Source: Candidatus Limnocylindrales bacterium
GTDB taxonomy: Bacteria > Chloroflexota > Limnocylindria > Limnocylindrales > CSP1-4
DNA length: 58,306 bases
Reading direction: 5' to 3'
Assembly (NCBI GenBank): GCA_052144055.1
Contig: JBKQRF010000172.1
Coordinates: 1-58,306, forward strand
The notes beneath the pieces were generated by a model. That model saw only the letters and a program-made list of their open reading frames with translations, was not told the DNA's origin and ran no database searches. The position numbers and the translations under genes were made by a program. Of the stretch, positions 9,341 through 18,906 are shown in pieces (positions within the stretch are counted from its first letter, which is position 1; the number at the start of each line of letters is the position of its first letter).

Positions 9341-10638
9341 AGGTCGGCCTCGGGCGGCACCCTCGGTGCGGCTCCGGACGCCGCTTCGCACCAAGCGCGC
9401 ACCTCGCTGTCCAGTGCGATCAGCTCGTCGAGGGCGGGGGCCGGGCCCACGCCGAACCGCTGCACGGCACCGGCGGCAAGGCGAGCAATCCCCGGGAAGT
9501 CGAGCGTGCGCTCGAGAAACCGGCGCACCGCAACCTCGTCCGCCGCGATCAGGGCAGCACTGGCGCGAGGGCCGGCGGCGCCGGCCTCGCGGGCGACCGC
9601 CAGCGCCGGAAAGCGGGACTCGTCGGGGCGCTCGAAGGCCAATGCTGACAGCCCGTCGAGTTCGAGCCTCGGCGCAGGAGACGCGTACCGGTCGGGAAAC
9701 GTGAAAGCGTACTGGATGGGGATGCGCATATCAGGACATCCGAGCTGGGCCTTGACGGACCCGTCCACGAATTCCACGGCCGAATGGATAACGCTCTGTG
9801 GGTGGATCACGACGCGGATGCGTTCCAGGCCCACATCGTACAGCCGGTCGGCCTCGATGACCTCCAGGCCTTTATTCATCAGCGTCGCAGAATCGATGGT
9901 GACCTTGGCGCCCATGCGCCACGTGGGATGTGCCAGCGCCATCTCCGGAGTCACGCGGGCGAGTTCCGCGGACGGCAGCCCGCGAAACGGCCCCCCGGAC
10001 GCGGTCAGCCAGATCCTAGCGATCGCTGCGGGTTCCTCGCCCGTCAGGCACTGCCAGATGGCCGAGTGCTCCGAGTCGATGGGGCGCAGCCAGGCGAGCG
10101 GGGACGCGAACGCGACCGGGCCTGTAAACGCCTGCCTGCAGGCTACGAATCCTGCAGCAGCGAATTCCTCGTCGGCCGCGGCAGCAGCCGCAGCGGCCAG
10201 CCGACGGGCAAGCGGCACCACCAGATGACCACCGCTGACCAGCGTCTCCTTGTTCGCCGTCGCAACGACGCCTCCACGCTCCAGCGCCGCGAGGACCGGG
10301 CGCAGGCTCACCACTCCTCCGGTCGCGACCACCACGAGGTCCACATCGTCGCGCGCCGCGAAATGCACGAGCGCATCGGGCGAGTCGTCCACCGCGACGC
10401 CGTCGGGCAGGCGCAGTGTGCGTCGGCCCCGTGCGTCCGCGAGCGCTACCACGCGTGGGCGCAGAGCCTCCGCCTGGGCCTCAAGCGTCTCACGGTCGCG
10501 GCCGGCCGCTAGCGCGACCACCTCGAACCTATCGCGAAGGTGCGCGAGCACTTCGACCGACTGCCGCCCGATGGAACCTGTCGATCCCAGCAGTGCTACG
10601 CGCGTTCGCGGCCGGTCGACCGTCGGGCGTGCACTCAC
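9337..10638 (-). CDS. dxr: 1-deoxy-D-xylulose 5-phosphate reductoisomerase
   Basis: RVALLGSTGSIGRQSVEVL, ANKETLV and PIDSEHSAIWQCL are Dxr motifs. Start is GTG 10638, overlapping the cdsA TGA. The protein carries an insertion of about 30 aa that includes an Ala8 run. Confidence 0.95.
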   Translation of the reverse strand: MSARPTVDRPRTRVALLGSTGSIGRQSVEVLAHLRDRFEVVALAAGRDRETLEAQAEALRPRVVALADARGRRTLRLPDGVAVDDSPDALVHFAARDDVDLVVVATGGVVSLRPVLAALERGGVVATANKETLVSGGHLVVPLARRLAAAAAAAADEEFAAAGFVACRQAFTGPVAFASPLAWLRPIDSEHSAIWQCLTGEEPAAIARIWLTASGGPFRGLPSAELARVTPEMALAHPTWRMGAKVTIDSATLMNKGLEVIEADRLYDVGLERIRVVIHPQSVIHSAVEFVDGSVKAQLGCPDMRIPIQYAFTFPDRYASPAPRLELDGLSALAFERPDESRFPALAVAREAGAAGPRASAALIAADEVAVRRFLERTLDFPGIARLAAGAVQRFGVGPAPALDELIALDSEVRAWCEAASGAAPRVPPEADL

Positions 10639-11516
10639 CGGGTCACCAGCGCCAGGTAACCGGCCAAGATCGGGGCTGCGAATAGGAACGAGTCCACACG
10701 GTCCAGCACACCGCCGTGCCCCGGGATCAGGCGCCCCGAGTCCTTGGCGTTCGCAGCGCGCTTCAGCATCGACTCGACCAAATCCCCTGCCTGTGCGCCG
10801 ATGCCCAGCAGGAGCCCCACGGGGACGCCTTCCAGCGGCGAACGCCCAAGCCCGCCCAGCACCAGCGCCGAGACGGCGACTGCGCCGGCAAGCCCGCCGA
10901 ACAGGCCCGCGTAGGTCTTCGCCGGAGAGATGTGCTGGAGGAAGCGACGTCGACCGAAGGCGCGTCCGAAGGCGTAGGCGCACGAGTCATACGACCAGAC
11001 GCCCGCGACAAGAACGATCAGCCACCCCCGCCCTCCATCGAAGCTGCCCAGCAGGGCGCTTGAGGATACCGGCGGGGCGATTGCCACCAGCAGCGGAGCG
11101 AACCCCAGGAGTCCCACGTACGCAGCGCCGAATACCGTCGCAACCCATGCCGCAAGTCCGGCGTGGGGATCCTGCAACCTCAAGGCCGCCGCACCCGCCA
11201 GCAAGATGCCGACCGCAGGCAGGGCGAGCAGTGGCTCGGTCTCGCGGCCAGACAGGGCCGCACCCTCGATCACGAGAGCAGCGGCCAGCGCGCTGCCGTA
11301 CCGGGCGAATCCCTGATATCCCGCCGACGCAAGCAGGGCGAACGTTTCCCACCCGGCCAGTAGCGCCACCACGACCACGAACCCGTCAATCCACGGCTGT
11401 CCCAGGAGGAAGACCGCGACGATGATTGGGACCAGGACCGCGGCGCTCGCGATACGCCGGCCGAGCACGTTCGCCTCAGCGCCCGAAACGGCGGGTCCGC
11501 CGGGCGTACTCCACAA
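10635..11516 (-). CDS. cdsA: phosphatidate cytidylyltransferase
   Basis: It is a multi-TM protein with the C-terminal CdsA signature KRAANAKDSGRLIPGHGGVLDRVDSFLFAAP. The start is uncertain: TTG 11516 overlaps uppS by 41 nt. Confidence 0.85.
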   Translation of the reverse strand: MWSTPGGPAVSGAEANVLGRRIASAAVLVPIIVAVFLLGQPWIDGFVVVVALLAGWETFALLASAGYQGFARYGSALAAALVIEGAALSGRETEPLLALPAVGILLAGAAALRLQDPHAGLAAWVATVFGAAYVGLLGFAPLLVAIAPPVSSSALLGSFDGGRGWLIVLVAGVWSYDSCAYAFGRAFGRRRFLQHISPAKTYAGLFGGLAGAVAVSALVLGGLGRSPLEGVPVGLLLGIGAQAGDLVESMLKRAANAKDSGRLIPGHGGVLDRVDSFLFAAPILAGYLALVTR

Positions 11517-12168
11517 GCGCCCTGTCGAACGCCTCGGGACCGAAATCGGGCCAGAGCAGATCCGACACGTACAGCTCGGCGTACGCCGCCTGCCAGGTAA
11601 GGAAGTTGCTCAGCCGCGACTCGCCGGCCGTCCGGATCAACAAGTCTGGGTCCGGAACGCCGGCGGTGTACAGGCGCGACTCGATGGCCGCCTCGTCCAC
11701 CTCGTCGGCCGTCAGCCCGTCGGCGATACAGCGGCGAAGGGCATCCACCAGCTCGGAACGCCCGGAGTAATTGAACGCCACGTTCAGAAGCAGCCGTTCG
11801 CCTCCGCGCGTGGCATCGAGCCCTGCCACGATCGATGCGCGCGTCTCCTCCGGCAGCTCGCTAAGCCGGCCCAGCAGCCGGACCTCGACGCCCTGCGTCC
11901 GCAGCTCGGCCGTCTCCTCCCTGATCGCGGCGCGGAGGAGGTCAAAGAGCGTCGCCACCTCCTCCGGTGACCGGGACCAGTTCTCCCGGCTGAACGCGTA
12001 GATAGAAAGAACGCGCACGCCGCGTTCCACCGCCCGTCGCAGCAGCGGCCGGATAGCACGGACACCCGCCTCGTGCCCCTCGGCCTCCGTCACTCCCCGC
12101 GAGCGGGCCCAGCGACGGTTGCCGTCCATGATGATCGCCACGTGGCGAGGGACGGGCGTCGCCTCCAT
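11476..12168 (-). CDS. uppS: isoprenyl transferase (undecaprenyl diphosphate synthase)
   Basis: HVAIIMDGNRRWA and ELYVSDLLWPDF are UppS motifs. Start ATG 12168 directly abuts the frr TAG. Confidence 0.95.
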   Translation of the reverse strand: MEATPVPRHVAIIMDGNRRWARSRGVTEAEGHEAGVRAIRPLLRRAVERGVRVLSIYAFSRENWSRSPEEVATLFDLLRAAIREETAELRTQGVEVRLLGRLSELPEETRASIVAGLDATRGGERLLLNVAFNYSGRSELVDALRRCIADGLTADEVDEAAIESRLYTAGVPDPDLLIRTAGESRLSNFLTWQAAYAELYVSDLLWPDFGPEAFDRALVEYARRTRRFGR

Positions 12169-12726
12169 CTAAACCGCCAGGACCTCCTGCTCCTTGACCT
12201 TGCCGTGCCGGTCGACCTCGTCCACATACCGGTCGGTCAGCTTCTGGAGCTGCTCAAGCTCGCGGCGGCCTTCGTCGGCGCTGATTTCGCCATCGTGCTC
12301 TTCGCGCTTTATCTCGTCCGCCGCCTCCCGCCGGAGGTTGCGGATCTCGACTCTCGCCTCTTCCATCCGCCGGTGAACCTGCTTGACCAAGTCGCGGCGG
12401 CGCTCCTCGGTGAGCGGCGGAATGTTGAGTCGGACCACTGAGCCGTCCACGTTGGGAGTCAGGCCGAGGTCGCTCTTCTGGATGGCCTTCTCGATGGCTC
12501 CGAGGGCCGAACGGTCCCACGGTTGGATCACGATCGCGTGCGCCTCGGGCACGCTGATCCCCGCCAGCTGGTTGAGCGGCGTGGGCGTCCCGTAGTACTC
12601 AACCGTGAGGCGCTCCACCAGCGCGGTAGATGCGCGACCGGTGCGCACCGCCTGGAAGTCCCGCACCATGACGTCGACCGCGCGGGCCATCTTGGGCTCA
12701 GCGGCGGACAATGCCTGGCTGCTCAT
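12169..12726 (-). CDS. frr: ribosome recycling factor
   Basis: The full-length match to the Frr pattern includes [25 protein letters not shown] and [13 protein letters not shown]. The start forms an ATGA overlap with pyrH. Confidence 0.97.
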   Translation of the reverse strand: MSSQALSAAEPKMARAVDVMVRDFQAVRTGRASTALVERLTVEYYGTPTPLNQLAGISVPEAHAIVIQPWDRSALGAIEKAIQKSDLGLTPNVDGSVVRLNIPPLTEERRRDLVKQVHRRMEEARVEIRNLRREAADEIKREEHDGEISADEGRRELEQLQKLTDRYVDEVDRHGKVKEQEVLAV

Positions 12727-13496
12727 GCGTGTCCACCTCCGCTGATGATCGTGCCGACCGGCTCGCCGAGGGCGACCCTGCGGATGTTATCCGGCCGATT
12801 GAGGTCGAAGACGACGATCGGTAGGTCGTTCTCCATGCACAGCGACACTGCCGTGGAGTCGAGCACCTGCAGGCGCGCGGTCAGGAGGTCGACGTAGCTC
12901 AGCTGCTCGTACCGGTGCGCTTCCGGGTACAGCATCGGATCGGCGTCGTAGACCCCGTCGACCTTGGTGGCTTTCAGGATCACCTGGGCGTCAATCTCCA
13001 CCGCGCGCAGGGCGGCCGCTGTGTCGGTCGTAAAGTACGGGTTGCCCGTCCCCGCAGCAAGGATCACGATGCGGCCCTTCTCCAGATGGCGCACCGCGCG
13101 CCTGCGGATGTACGGCTCCGCGACCTCGTTCATCCCGAGCGCGCTCATCACGCGCGTGTCAAGTCGTTCCTTCTCAAGAGCGTCCTGCAGGGCCAGGGCG
13201 TTCATCACGGTGGCGAGCATCCCGATGTAGTCGCCGGTCGCGCGGTCCATGCCCTTGGCAGCCGCTGCGAGGCCTCGGAAGATGTTGCCGCCGCCGACCA
13301 CGATGGCGACCTCGATCCCGAGCCGGCGGACGTCCACAAGCTGCTTTGCGACGAACGTGCAAAACTCTGGATCTACGCCGTAGGCTCGGTCTCCAAGGAG
13401 CGCTTCGCCCGAGAGCTTCAGAAGGATCCGGTGATACCGGGGGCGGACCTCCTGGCCTCCGCCCGCCGACGACGCCGCGGCGTCGGACTCCGTCAC
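12723..13496 (-). CDS. pyrH: UMP kinase
   Basis: [13 protein letters not shown] and [10 protein letters not shown] are PyrH motifs. The GTG start overlaps the tsf TGA. Confidence 0.97.
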   Translation of the reverse strand: MTESDAAASSAGGGQEVRPRYHRILLKLSGEALLGDRAYGVDPEFCTFVAKQLVDVRRLGIEVAIVVGGGNIFRGLAAAAKGMDRATGDYIGMLATVMNALALQDALEKERLDTRVMSALGMNEVAEPYIRRRAVRHLEKGRIVILAAGTGNPYFTTDTAAALRAVEIDAQVILKATKVDGVYDADPMLYPEAHRYEQLSYVDLLTARLQVLDSTAVSLCMENDLPIVVFDLNRPDNIRRVALGEPVGTIISGGGHA

Positions 13497-14101
13497 AGCT
13501 CTTCGCCCAGCTGGTACCGCGTGAACCGGCGCACCCGGATGTTCTCGCCGATGGTGGCGATCCTATCGGTGATGAGCTGCCCCACAGTGATGTCCGTGTC
13601 CCGGAAGGGCTGTTCTGTCAGTACGACCTGCGCGTACCACTTCTTCAGTTGGCCCTCGACAATCTGGCCGCGAATGTGCTCGGGCTTCTTCTGGACCTCG
13701 TCGTCCGCCGCCAACTCGGCCCGCTTCGCCTGGAGGACGTCGGCCGGCACCGATGCGACCGTGGGGTAGAGCGGCGCGAGCCCTGCGATCTGCATGGCGA
13801 GGTCGCGCACGAGCTTCTGGAACTGGTCCGTGCGCGCTACAAAGTCCGTCTCGCAATTGACCTCGATGAGCACACCGACGCGGCCCCCGGGGTGGATGTA
13901 GCTGGCGACCTGCCCCTCGCGGGCATCCCGGCCGGCGCGCCTCATCGCGGCCGCCTGTCCACGCTCGCGCAGCAGTGCCACGGCGGCGTCCAAGTCGCCC
14001 TTCGTCTCCTCGAGGGCCCGCTTGCAGTCCATAAAGCCGGCACCGGTGCGCTCGCGCAGCTCCTTGACGGCTTCGGCCTTGATCTGCACCTGCTCGGTCA
14101 T
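13493..14101 (-). CDS. tsf: translation elongation factor Ts
   Basis: [35 protein letters not shown] is the EF-Ts N-terminal UBA-like motif. Confidence 0.97.
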   Translation of the reverse strand: MTEQVQIKAEAVKELRERTGAGFMDCKRALEETKGDLDAAVALLRERGQAAAMRRAGRDAREGQVASYIHPGGRVGVLIEVNCETDFVARTDQFQKLVRDLAMQIAGLAPLYPTVASVPADVLQAKRAELAADDEVQKKPEHIRGQIVEGQLKKWYAQVVLTEQPFRDTDITVGQLITDRIATIGENIRVRRFTRYQLGEEL

Positions 14102-14133
14102 GCTGTCGGTGATCCCTTCGCTGGTCCTGTCGA

Positions 14134-15063
14134 TCAGGCGTCGAGTGCGGAGGACTCCGCCGTTGTTGACTCCTCGTCGGCGGTCACGGCTGAGCGCCGC
14201 GCGCGGGCCGCGGGGGGAGCCGCCGCGAGGGCCCGGCCGGGCAGCAGCTCATCCTCGTCGGGCTCGGGCTCGAATGTCAGCGTCTGCCCCGCCGCCATGG
14301 CGCTCAGCAGCTCGTCCGAACCGGACTCCTCTGCGGGCACGCCGGCCACGACCTCGGGCTCGCTCTCGTTGCGGGCGGCGCGGTCGTGCTGGCCGGCCAC
14401 CGCCGCGTCGGCCACCAGACCGCAAAGCAGCCGGATCGCGCGGATGGCGTCGTCGTTTGCCGGGATAATGTAGTCGAGCTCGTCAGGGTCGATGTTGGTG
14501 TCGCCGGTCCCGACGACGGGGATCTCGAGCTTGCGGGCTTCCGTGACGGCGATGTGCTCGCGGTGCGGATCCACCACAAAAATGGCTCCCGGCAGCCGCT
14601 TCATGCGACGCATGCCGCCCAGCGTCCGTTGCAGCCGCGTCATCTCCTCAACGAGCTTCGCGGCCTCCTTCTTGGTCATCCGGTCGAAGTCGCCATTCGC
14701 TTGCCGCGCCTCCAACTGGTCGAGGAGGGCAAGGCGCTTGCGGATCGTCACGAAGTTGGTGAGCATGCCGCCCAGCCAGCGCTGGTTGACGTAGGGCATG
14801 CCGGCGCGCGTCGCCTCTTCCGAGATCGGCTCCTGGGCCTGCTTCTTAGTCCCCACAAAGAGGATGCTCTCGCCGCGGGCCGCGGTTTGATGCACGAAGT
14901 TGAGCGCCACGTCGAGACGCTGGACCGTCTGGGCCAGGTCGATGATATGGATCCCGTTGCGCTCCGCGAAGATGTACGGGCGCATCTTCGGGTTCCAGCG
15001 CCGCGTCTGGTGGCCGAAGTGGACGCCGGCCTCCAAGAGCTGGCGCATCGAGACGGCTGCCAT
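14134..15063 (-). CDS. rpsB: 30S ribosomal protein S2
   Basis: [22 protein letters not shown] is the S2 N-terminal signature. Start is ATG 15063 with AGGAGG 6 nt upstream. There is an acidic/Ala-rich C-terminal extension. Confidence 0.95.
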   Translation of the reverse strand: MAAVSMRQLLEAGVHFGHQTRRWNPKMRPYIFAERNGIHIIDLAQTVQRLDVALNFVHQTAARGESILFVGTKKQAQEPISEEATRAGMPYVNQRWLGGMLTNFVTIRKRLALLDQLEARQANGDFDRMTKKEAAKLVEEMTRLQRTLGGMRRMKRLPGAIFVVDPHREHIAVTEARKLEIPVVGTGDTNIDPDELDYIIPANDDAIRAIRLLCGLVADAAVAGQHDRAARNESEPEVVAGVPAEESGSDELLSAMAAGQTLTFEPEPDEDELLPGRALAAAPPAARARRSAVTADEESTTAESSALDA

Positions 15064-15213
15064 GAATGCCTCCTGCTGGGTTCCGTCCGCCACGCGCCTT
15101 GGCCCGCGGATCGCCGGCCAATCGGCCGAGGCAACACCGCCACGAGAAACGGCACGTGTGTGTGATGTCCGAGCTGACGCACGGACGCCGCTGGGAAGCC
15201 CGACGGCGTCGGG

Positions 15214-15222
15214 AGTCTAGCA
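15214..15222 (-). promoter_or_regulatory. candidate extended -10 promoter element (TGCTAGACT) for rpsB-tsf operon
   Basis: Minus strand reads GTGTGCTAGACTCCCGACG, about 150 nt upstream of the rpsB ATG. It is nearly identical to the rpsF candidate (GGTGCTACACTCCCGTGG). Confidence 0.4.
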
Positions 15223-15384
15223 CACGGCCACAGCTGCCCAGCCCGTTCGTGAGCCGGTTGTAGCCAGCCGAGGATCTCCAACGGCGGTGGTGCGCGTCGA
15301 TTCACGGTCGCGCTGTCGCCACCACGCGTCCGCCTGCGTGCTCGGTGAGCTCGAATCGTCAACAGAGTTCGAGTGTTGATGGGC

Positions 15385-15772
15385 CGAAAGCTCGTCCGCC
15401 CGCCCGGCGCGATCGCCGGCCCGTTGTCTACGGCCCCGTGGTCGACACGCCACGGGAGTGCGGGAAGCGGTGTGCCTCCTGGCAGCGTCTCGAGGGCGCA
15501 GCATGCCACCGCAGCGCAGTACGGCCTGTCGACGTTGCGTCGGTCGACGCTCTCGACGCCGCGCCGAACCCGTGGTGGAGCGTGTCCAAACCTCCACCAC
15601 GGGTTGCGGAGGTGGGCCGGGCTTGATCGCGAGCAGGCCGAGCTCGTCCCGCCCGACGCGCGCGCTGGGCCAGCACGGTCCAGCCGAGCGATTCGCCGTG
15701 CCGCGCGGCCAGCGCCTCACTCTGTTCGCCGGTCCGGTGCCGCCACCGGACCAGGCTTTCGCCCCGCGTCAC
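15385..15772 (-). pseudogene. yraN: YraN (UPF0102) family endonuclease remnant, homology spread over three frames
   Basis: GTG 15772 overlaps the rnhB TGA. Frame A gives GEQSEALAARHGESLGWTVLAQRAR. Frame B gives VGRDELGLLAIKPGPPPQPVVEVWTRSTTG. Frame C gives GVESVDRRNVDRPYCAAVACCALETLPGG...PWRVDHGAVDNGP. Read in order, these follow the YraN pattern GE..A...L...G...L..N.R...GE.D.I....VFVEVK.R...ES V..RK..R...A..WL....R.DV..V. The 3' end is approximate. Confidence 0.5.
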
Positions 15773-16500
15773 GGTTCGCCGGGCCGTGCGAGGCGGACAT
15801 CCAGGTCGAGGGTCTGCTGCTCACCCGCCAGGGCCCGCTGGGTCGTAACAAAGCTGCGCCGATGAAAGGCCGTGATGCCCAAATCGACCATGGCCGCCCG
15901 ATGTTCGCGCGTGGCATACCCGGCGTTGTGCTCCCACCCATATCCCGGATGCCGGGCCGCCAAGCGGGTCATGAGGCGATCTCGCACCACCTTCGCCACG
16001 ATCGACGCGCAGGCGATCGAATAGCAGATGGCGTCGCCGTCCACAATGGCCGTGTAGGGGCCCACGTGTGCCTCGAAGTCGTGGATGCGTAGCCCGTCGA
16101 CCAGGACGTGATCGTGGCCTCCGAGCTTCGCGACCGCCCGCATCATCGCCAGGTGCGTCGCGTGATAGATGTTGAGCGCGTCGATTTCGGCGACGGACGC
16201 GGCGCCGAGCCCCACGGCGAGGGCTCGGCGACGGATCAGCGGAGCAAGCCGTTCGCGCTGTGCCGAGGAGAGCACCTTCGAGTCCCGCACGCCCGGGATT
16301 CGATGGCAGTTCGGGACCACGATGACGGCCGCCGCCACAACGGGGCCAGATGCCGGTGCGACACCCACCTCGTCGACGCCCGCGATTCGGACCAGGCCGT
16401 CACACCACAGTTCACGCTCATAACGCAGCGTGGGCGCGGTCAGGTGCGATGGGCGGGCGACGCCCCGGGTGGCAAGTGGCTGGCGGGAGGACTCGCGCAT
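15769..16500 (-). CDS. rnhB: ribonuclease HII
   Basis: IAGVDEVGVAPASGPVVAAAVIV, DSKVLS and the HPGYGWEHNAGYAT region match RNase HII. Confidence 0.93.
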   Translation of the reverse strand: MRESSRQPLATRGVARPSHLTAPTLRYERELWCDGLVRIAGVDEVGVAPASGPVVAAAVIVVPNCHRIPGVRDSKVLSSAQRERLAPLIRRRALAVGLGAASVAEIDALNIYHATHLAMMRAVAKLGGHDHVLVDGLRIHDFEAHVGPYTAIVDGDAICYSIACASIVAKVVRDRLMTRLAARHPGYGWEHNAGYATREHRAAMVDLGITAFHRRSFVTTQRALAGEQQTLDLDVRLARPGEP

Positions 16501-16511
16501 CCCGCCGGAGT

Positions 16512-16862
16512 CTAGCGGCGCTCGCGGAGGCTGGCAGCCTTGCCGACGCGATCCCGGAGGAAGTAGAGCTGCGCCCGGCGCGCCACGCCGTGCCGTATAA
16601 CCTCGATCCGGTCGATGCGCGGTGAGTTCACCTTGAAGGTGCGCTCGACACCGACGCCACTGCGCACGCTGCGGACCGTAATGGAGCGGCCGATACCTCC
16701 GCCTCGCAGGCGCATGACGGTCCCCTCGAAGACCTGGATCCTTTCACGGTTCCCTTCGACGACCTTAGCGGAGACACGCACGGTGTCGCCGGACGCGAGG
16801 TCGGGCAGGTCGGTGCGGATCTGGTCCGCAGTGACGGCGTCGAGCACGTTCACAGGAGTCAC
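16512..16862 (-). CDS. rplS: 50S ribosomal protein L19
   Basis: [44 protein letters not shown] matches L19. Confidence 0.97.
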   Translation of the reverse strand: MTPVNVLDAVTADQIRTDLPDLASGDTVRVSAKVVEGNRERIQVFEGTVMRLRGGGIGRSITVRSVRSGVGVERTFKVNSPRIDRIEVIRHGVARRAQLYFLRDRVGKAASLRERR

Positions 16863-16921
16863 TCACTCAGGCTGGCGCCGGCCATGGGCAGGCAAAGGGG
16901 TGGTCAGTCGGACGAGCGGGC

Positions 16922-16930
16922 AGTATAGCA
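16922..16930 (-). promoter_or_regulatory. candidate extended -10 promoter element (TGCTATACT) for rplS
   Basis: Minus strand reads GCATGCTATACTGCCCGC in the 76-nt trmD-rplS gap. Confidence 0.45.
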
Positions 16931-16938
16931 TGCGACCG

Positions 16939-17706
16939 TCACGCCTCCGGCGTCTCTGTCCCATCCCACTGGTCTGCGTCGTCCAGCAGATCACGACTGT
17001 GGACGCTCCCGGGCGCCGCTCCGCTGGTGCCTCCCGGTGCCGCGCGCTCCAGCAGGTCCGGCCGGTTCCGCCGAGTCCGCGCCAGCGCCTGCTCACGCCG
17101 CCACCGTTCGACCGCGGCATGATCCCCACTCAGCAGCACGTCGGGCACTCGCTCTCCGCGGAATTCCGGCGGGCGCGTGTATTGGGGGTACTCGAGCAAG
17201 CCGGCAGCGAATGACTCTTCTTCCGTCGACGCCGCGTCGATCGCACCAGGGAGCAAGCGAATCACCGTATCGAGGACCACAAGCGCTGCGATCTCACCGC
17301 CCGAGAGCACGTAATCGCCGATCGATAGCTCCAAGTCGACCATCCCGCGGATCCGGTGGTCCACGCCCTCGTACCGCGGGCAGAGCAGCACGAGGTGCGG
17401 CCGCCGCGCGAGGGCTCGGGCGCGCGCCTGCGTGAACAGCTCGCCGCCCGGATCCACCAGGATCACGAACCCGTCGTCGCCCCGCACCGTGTCCAGAGCG
17501 GCGGCCACGGGCTCCGGTCGAAGCACCATGCCCGCCCCGCCGCCGTACGTGTAATCGTCCACGCTTCGGTGCCGTCCGAGGCCCCACTGGCGAAGGTCGT
17601 GACTCCGCAGATTGGCAAGCCCGCGCTCCAGCGCCCGTCCCGGAATGCTCTCTGCGAGCGGGCCCGGGAACAGCACCGGGAAGAGCGAAACGACGTCGAT
17701 GCGCAC
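16939..17706 (-). CDS. trmD: tRNA (guanine37-N1)-methyltransferase
   Basis: [30 protein letters not shown] and [13 protein letters not shown] match TrmD. Start is GTG 17706, 1 nt after the rimM stop. Confidence 0.95.
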   Translation of the reverse strand: MRIDVVSLFPVLFPGPLAESIPGRALERGLANLRSHDLRQWGLGRHRSVDDYTYGGGAGMVLRPEPVAAALDTVRGDDGFVILVDPGGELFTQARARALARRPHLVLLCPRYEGVDHRIRGMVDLELSIGDYVLSGGEIAALVVLDTVIRLLPGAIDAASTEEESFAAGLLEYPQYTRPPEFRGERVPDVLLSGDHAAVERWRREQALARTRRNRPDLLERAAPGGTSGAAPGSVHSRDLLDDADQWDGTETPEA

Positions 17707-17707
17707 G

Positions 17708-18370
17708 TCAGGAAGAGTCGGCGTCGCCGCCGATTCCGGCGACGACATCCGGGAGGCCGTGGGGCGGAGCGGCGTCGGGAGCATCCGCGGCCCTAGCTTC
17801 ATCGGCCAAGCCCCGTTCACACCTCGATGATCGCCGGCCCCGTGGTCGTCGCGGACGCTGCGGTCCGAGGCCAAGCGCATCGGCATCGACCACGATGCGT
17901 CCCTCCCGAGGAGCGAACTCGCGGAACACTGCGCCGACGGCGGGGACCAGCAACTCGCCACGCGGCCCCCCGTCGACCACGTACACTTCGCCTCCGCCGG
18001 CCCGGAACACGTCCTTGACCGTGCCGAGGGCCTCGCCCGTAACTGTCACGACGGGCACACCCACGATCTCGTGCCACCAATACGAGCCGGCATTGAGCGC
18101 ATCAGACCACCGGACGGCCTCGAGGTATGCATCGCGCAGCGCCGCAGCCGCCTCCCGCGTGGAGACCTCGCGGAACCGGACCAGCAACCCCGGCGCGTTC
18201 GGCTTCGCCCATTCGACTACGAGCGCCCGGTCGCTACCCTCGAGGTATACGCGCGAGCCCGGTTCGAACCTGGCCGGATCGTCGGACAGCGGCTCGACCC
18301 GGACCGCACCCTGCAGGCCGTGGAGGCCTCGGACCAGACCGACGACGAACCGGTGGCCTTCGGAGAGCAC
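17708..18370 (-). CDS. rimM: 16S rRNA processing protein RimM
   Basis: [28 protein letters not shown] plus a PRC-barrel-like C-terminal half. It sits in the canonical position between the KH protein and trmD. Confidence 0.9.
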   Translation of the reverse strand: MLSEGHRFVVGLVRGLHGLQGAVRVEPLSDDPARFEPGSRVYLEGSDRALVVEWAKPNAPGLLVRFREVSTREAAAALRDAYLEAVRWSDALNAGSYWWHEIVGVPVVTVTGEALGTVKDVFRAGGGEVYVVDGGPRGELLVPAVGAVFREFAPREGRIVVDADALGLGPQRPRRPRGRRSSRCERGLADEARAADAPDAAPPHGLPDVVAGIGGDADSS

Positions 18371-18372
18371 GC

Positions 18373-18606
18373 TCAGTCGATCTCCAACGAGATCGACTCC
18401 CCCTGGCGCGCCGACATGACCTTGAGCAAGGTCCGCAGCGCCTTGGCCACGCTGCCGTTCCGGCCGATGACCTTGCCCATGTCGTCCTCGGCCACATGCA
18501 GCTCGATCACGGTGCCGTCGCGGTCCTCGTGGACGCCCACGGTCACCGCCTCGGGCTCGTCCACCAGCGAGCGCGCGACGTATTCGACGAGTTCGACCGC
18601 ACTCAT
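18373..18606 (-). CDS. KH domain RNA-binding protein (UPF0109 / YlqC-like)
   Basis: LVEYVARSLVDEPEAVTVGVHEDRDGTVIELHVAEDDMGKVIGRNGSVAKALRTLL matches the family. Start is ATG 18606 with GGGAGGGAG upstream. Confidence 0.85.
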   Translation of the reverse strand: MSAVELVEYVARSLVDEPEAVTVGVHEDRDGTVIELHVAEDDMGKVIGRNGSVAKALRTLLKVMSARQGESISLEID

Positions 18607-18624
18607 CCCGCTCCCTCCCTTGTG

Positions 18625-18879
18625 CTACTTCGCGTCAGGCAGGATGCCGGCGCGCCGGAACAGTCGCTCGACGGTGTCTGAGGGCGTCGCGCCCTGGCTC
18701 ATCCAGCGCGTCGCTTTCTCGGCGTCGACCTGGAACTCCACCGGGTCAGTACGCGGGTTGTAGTGACCAATCGTCTCGATCGCGCGGCCGTCGCGCGCGC
18801 TTCGACTATCCATGACGACCACTCGGTACGCGGGCTGCTTGGTCGCGCCGACGCGCGACAGCCGGATTCTGACGGACAA
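18625..18879 (-). CDS. rpsP: 30S ribosomal protein S16
   Basis: VRIRLSRVGATKQPAYRVVVMDSRSARDGRAIETIGHYNP matches S16. Start is TTG with GGGGAGG upstream. Confidence 0.97.
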   Translation of the reverse strand: MSVRIRLSRVGATKQPAYRVVVMDSRSARDGRAIETIGHYNPRTDPVEFQVDAEKATRWMSQGATPSDTVERLFRRAGILPDAK

Positions 18880-18906
18880 GCGAATACCTCCCCGAACTAC
18901 ACAACG

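Noticed and set aside
15428-15772. The 114-aa tracked ORF as an intact YraN gene.
   Set aside because: Only about the first 45 residues carry the family signal. The rest of the signal lies in the other two frames, and the in-frame continuation is Arg/Ser/Thr-rich nonsense.
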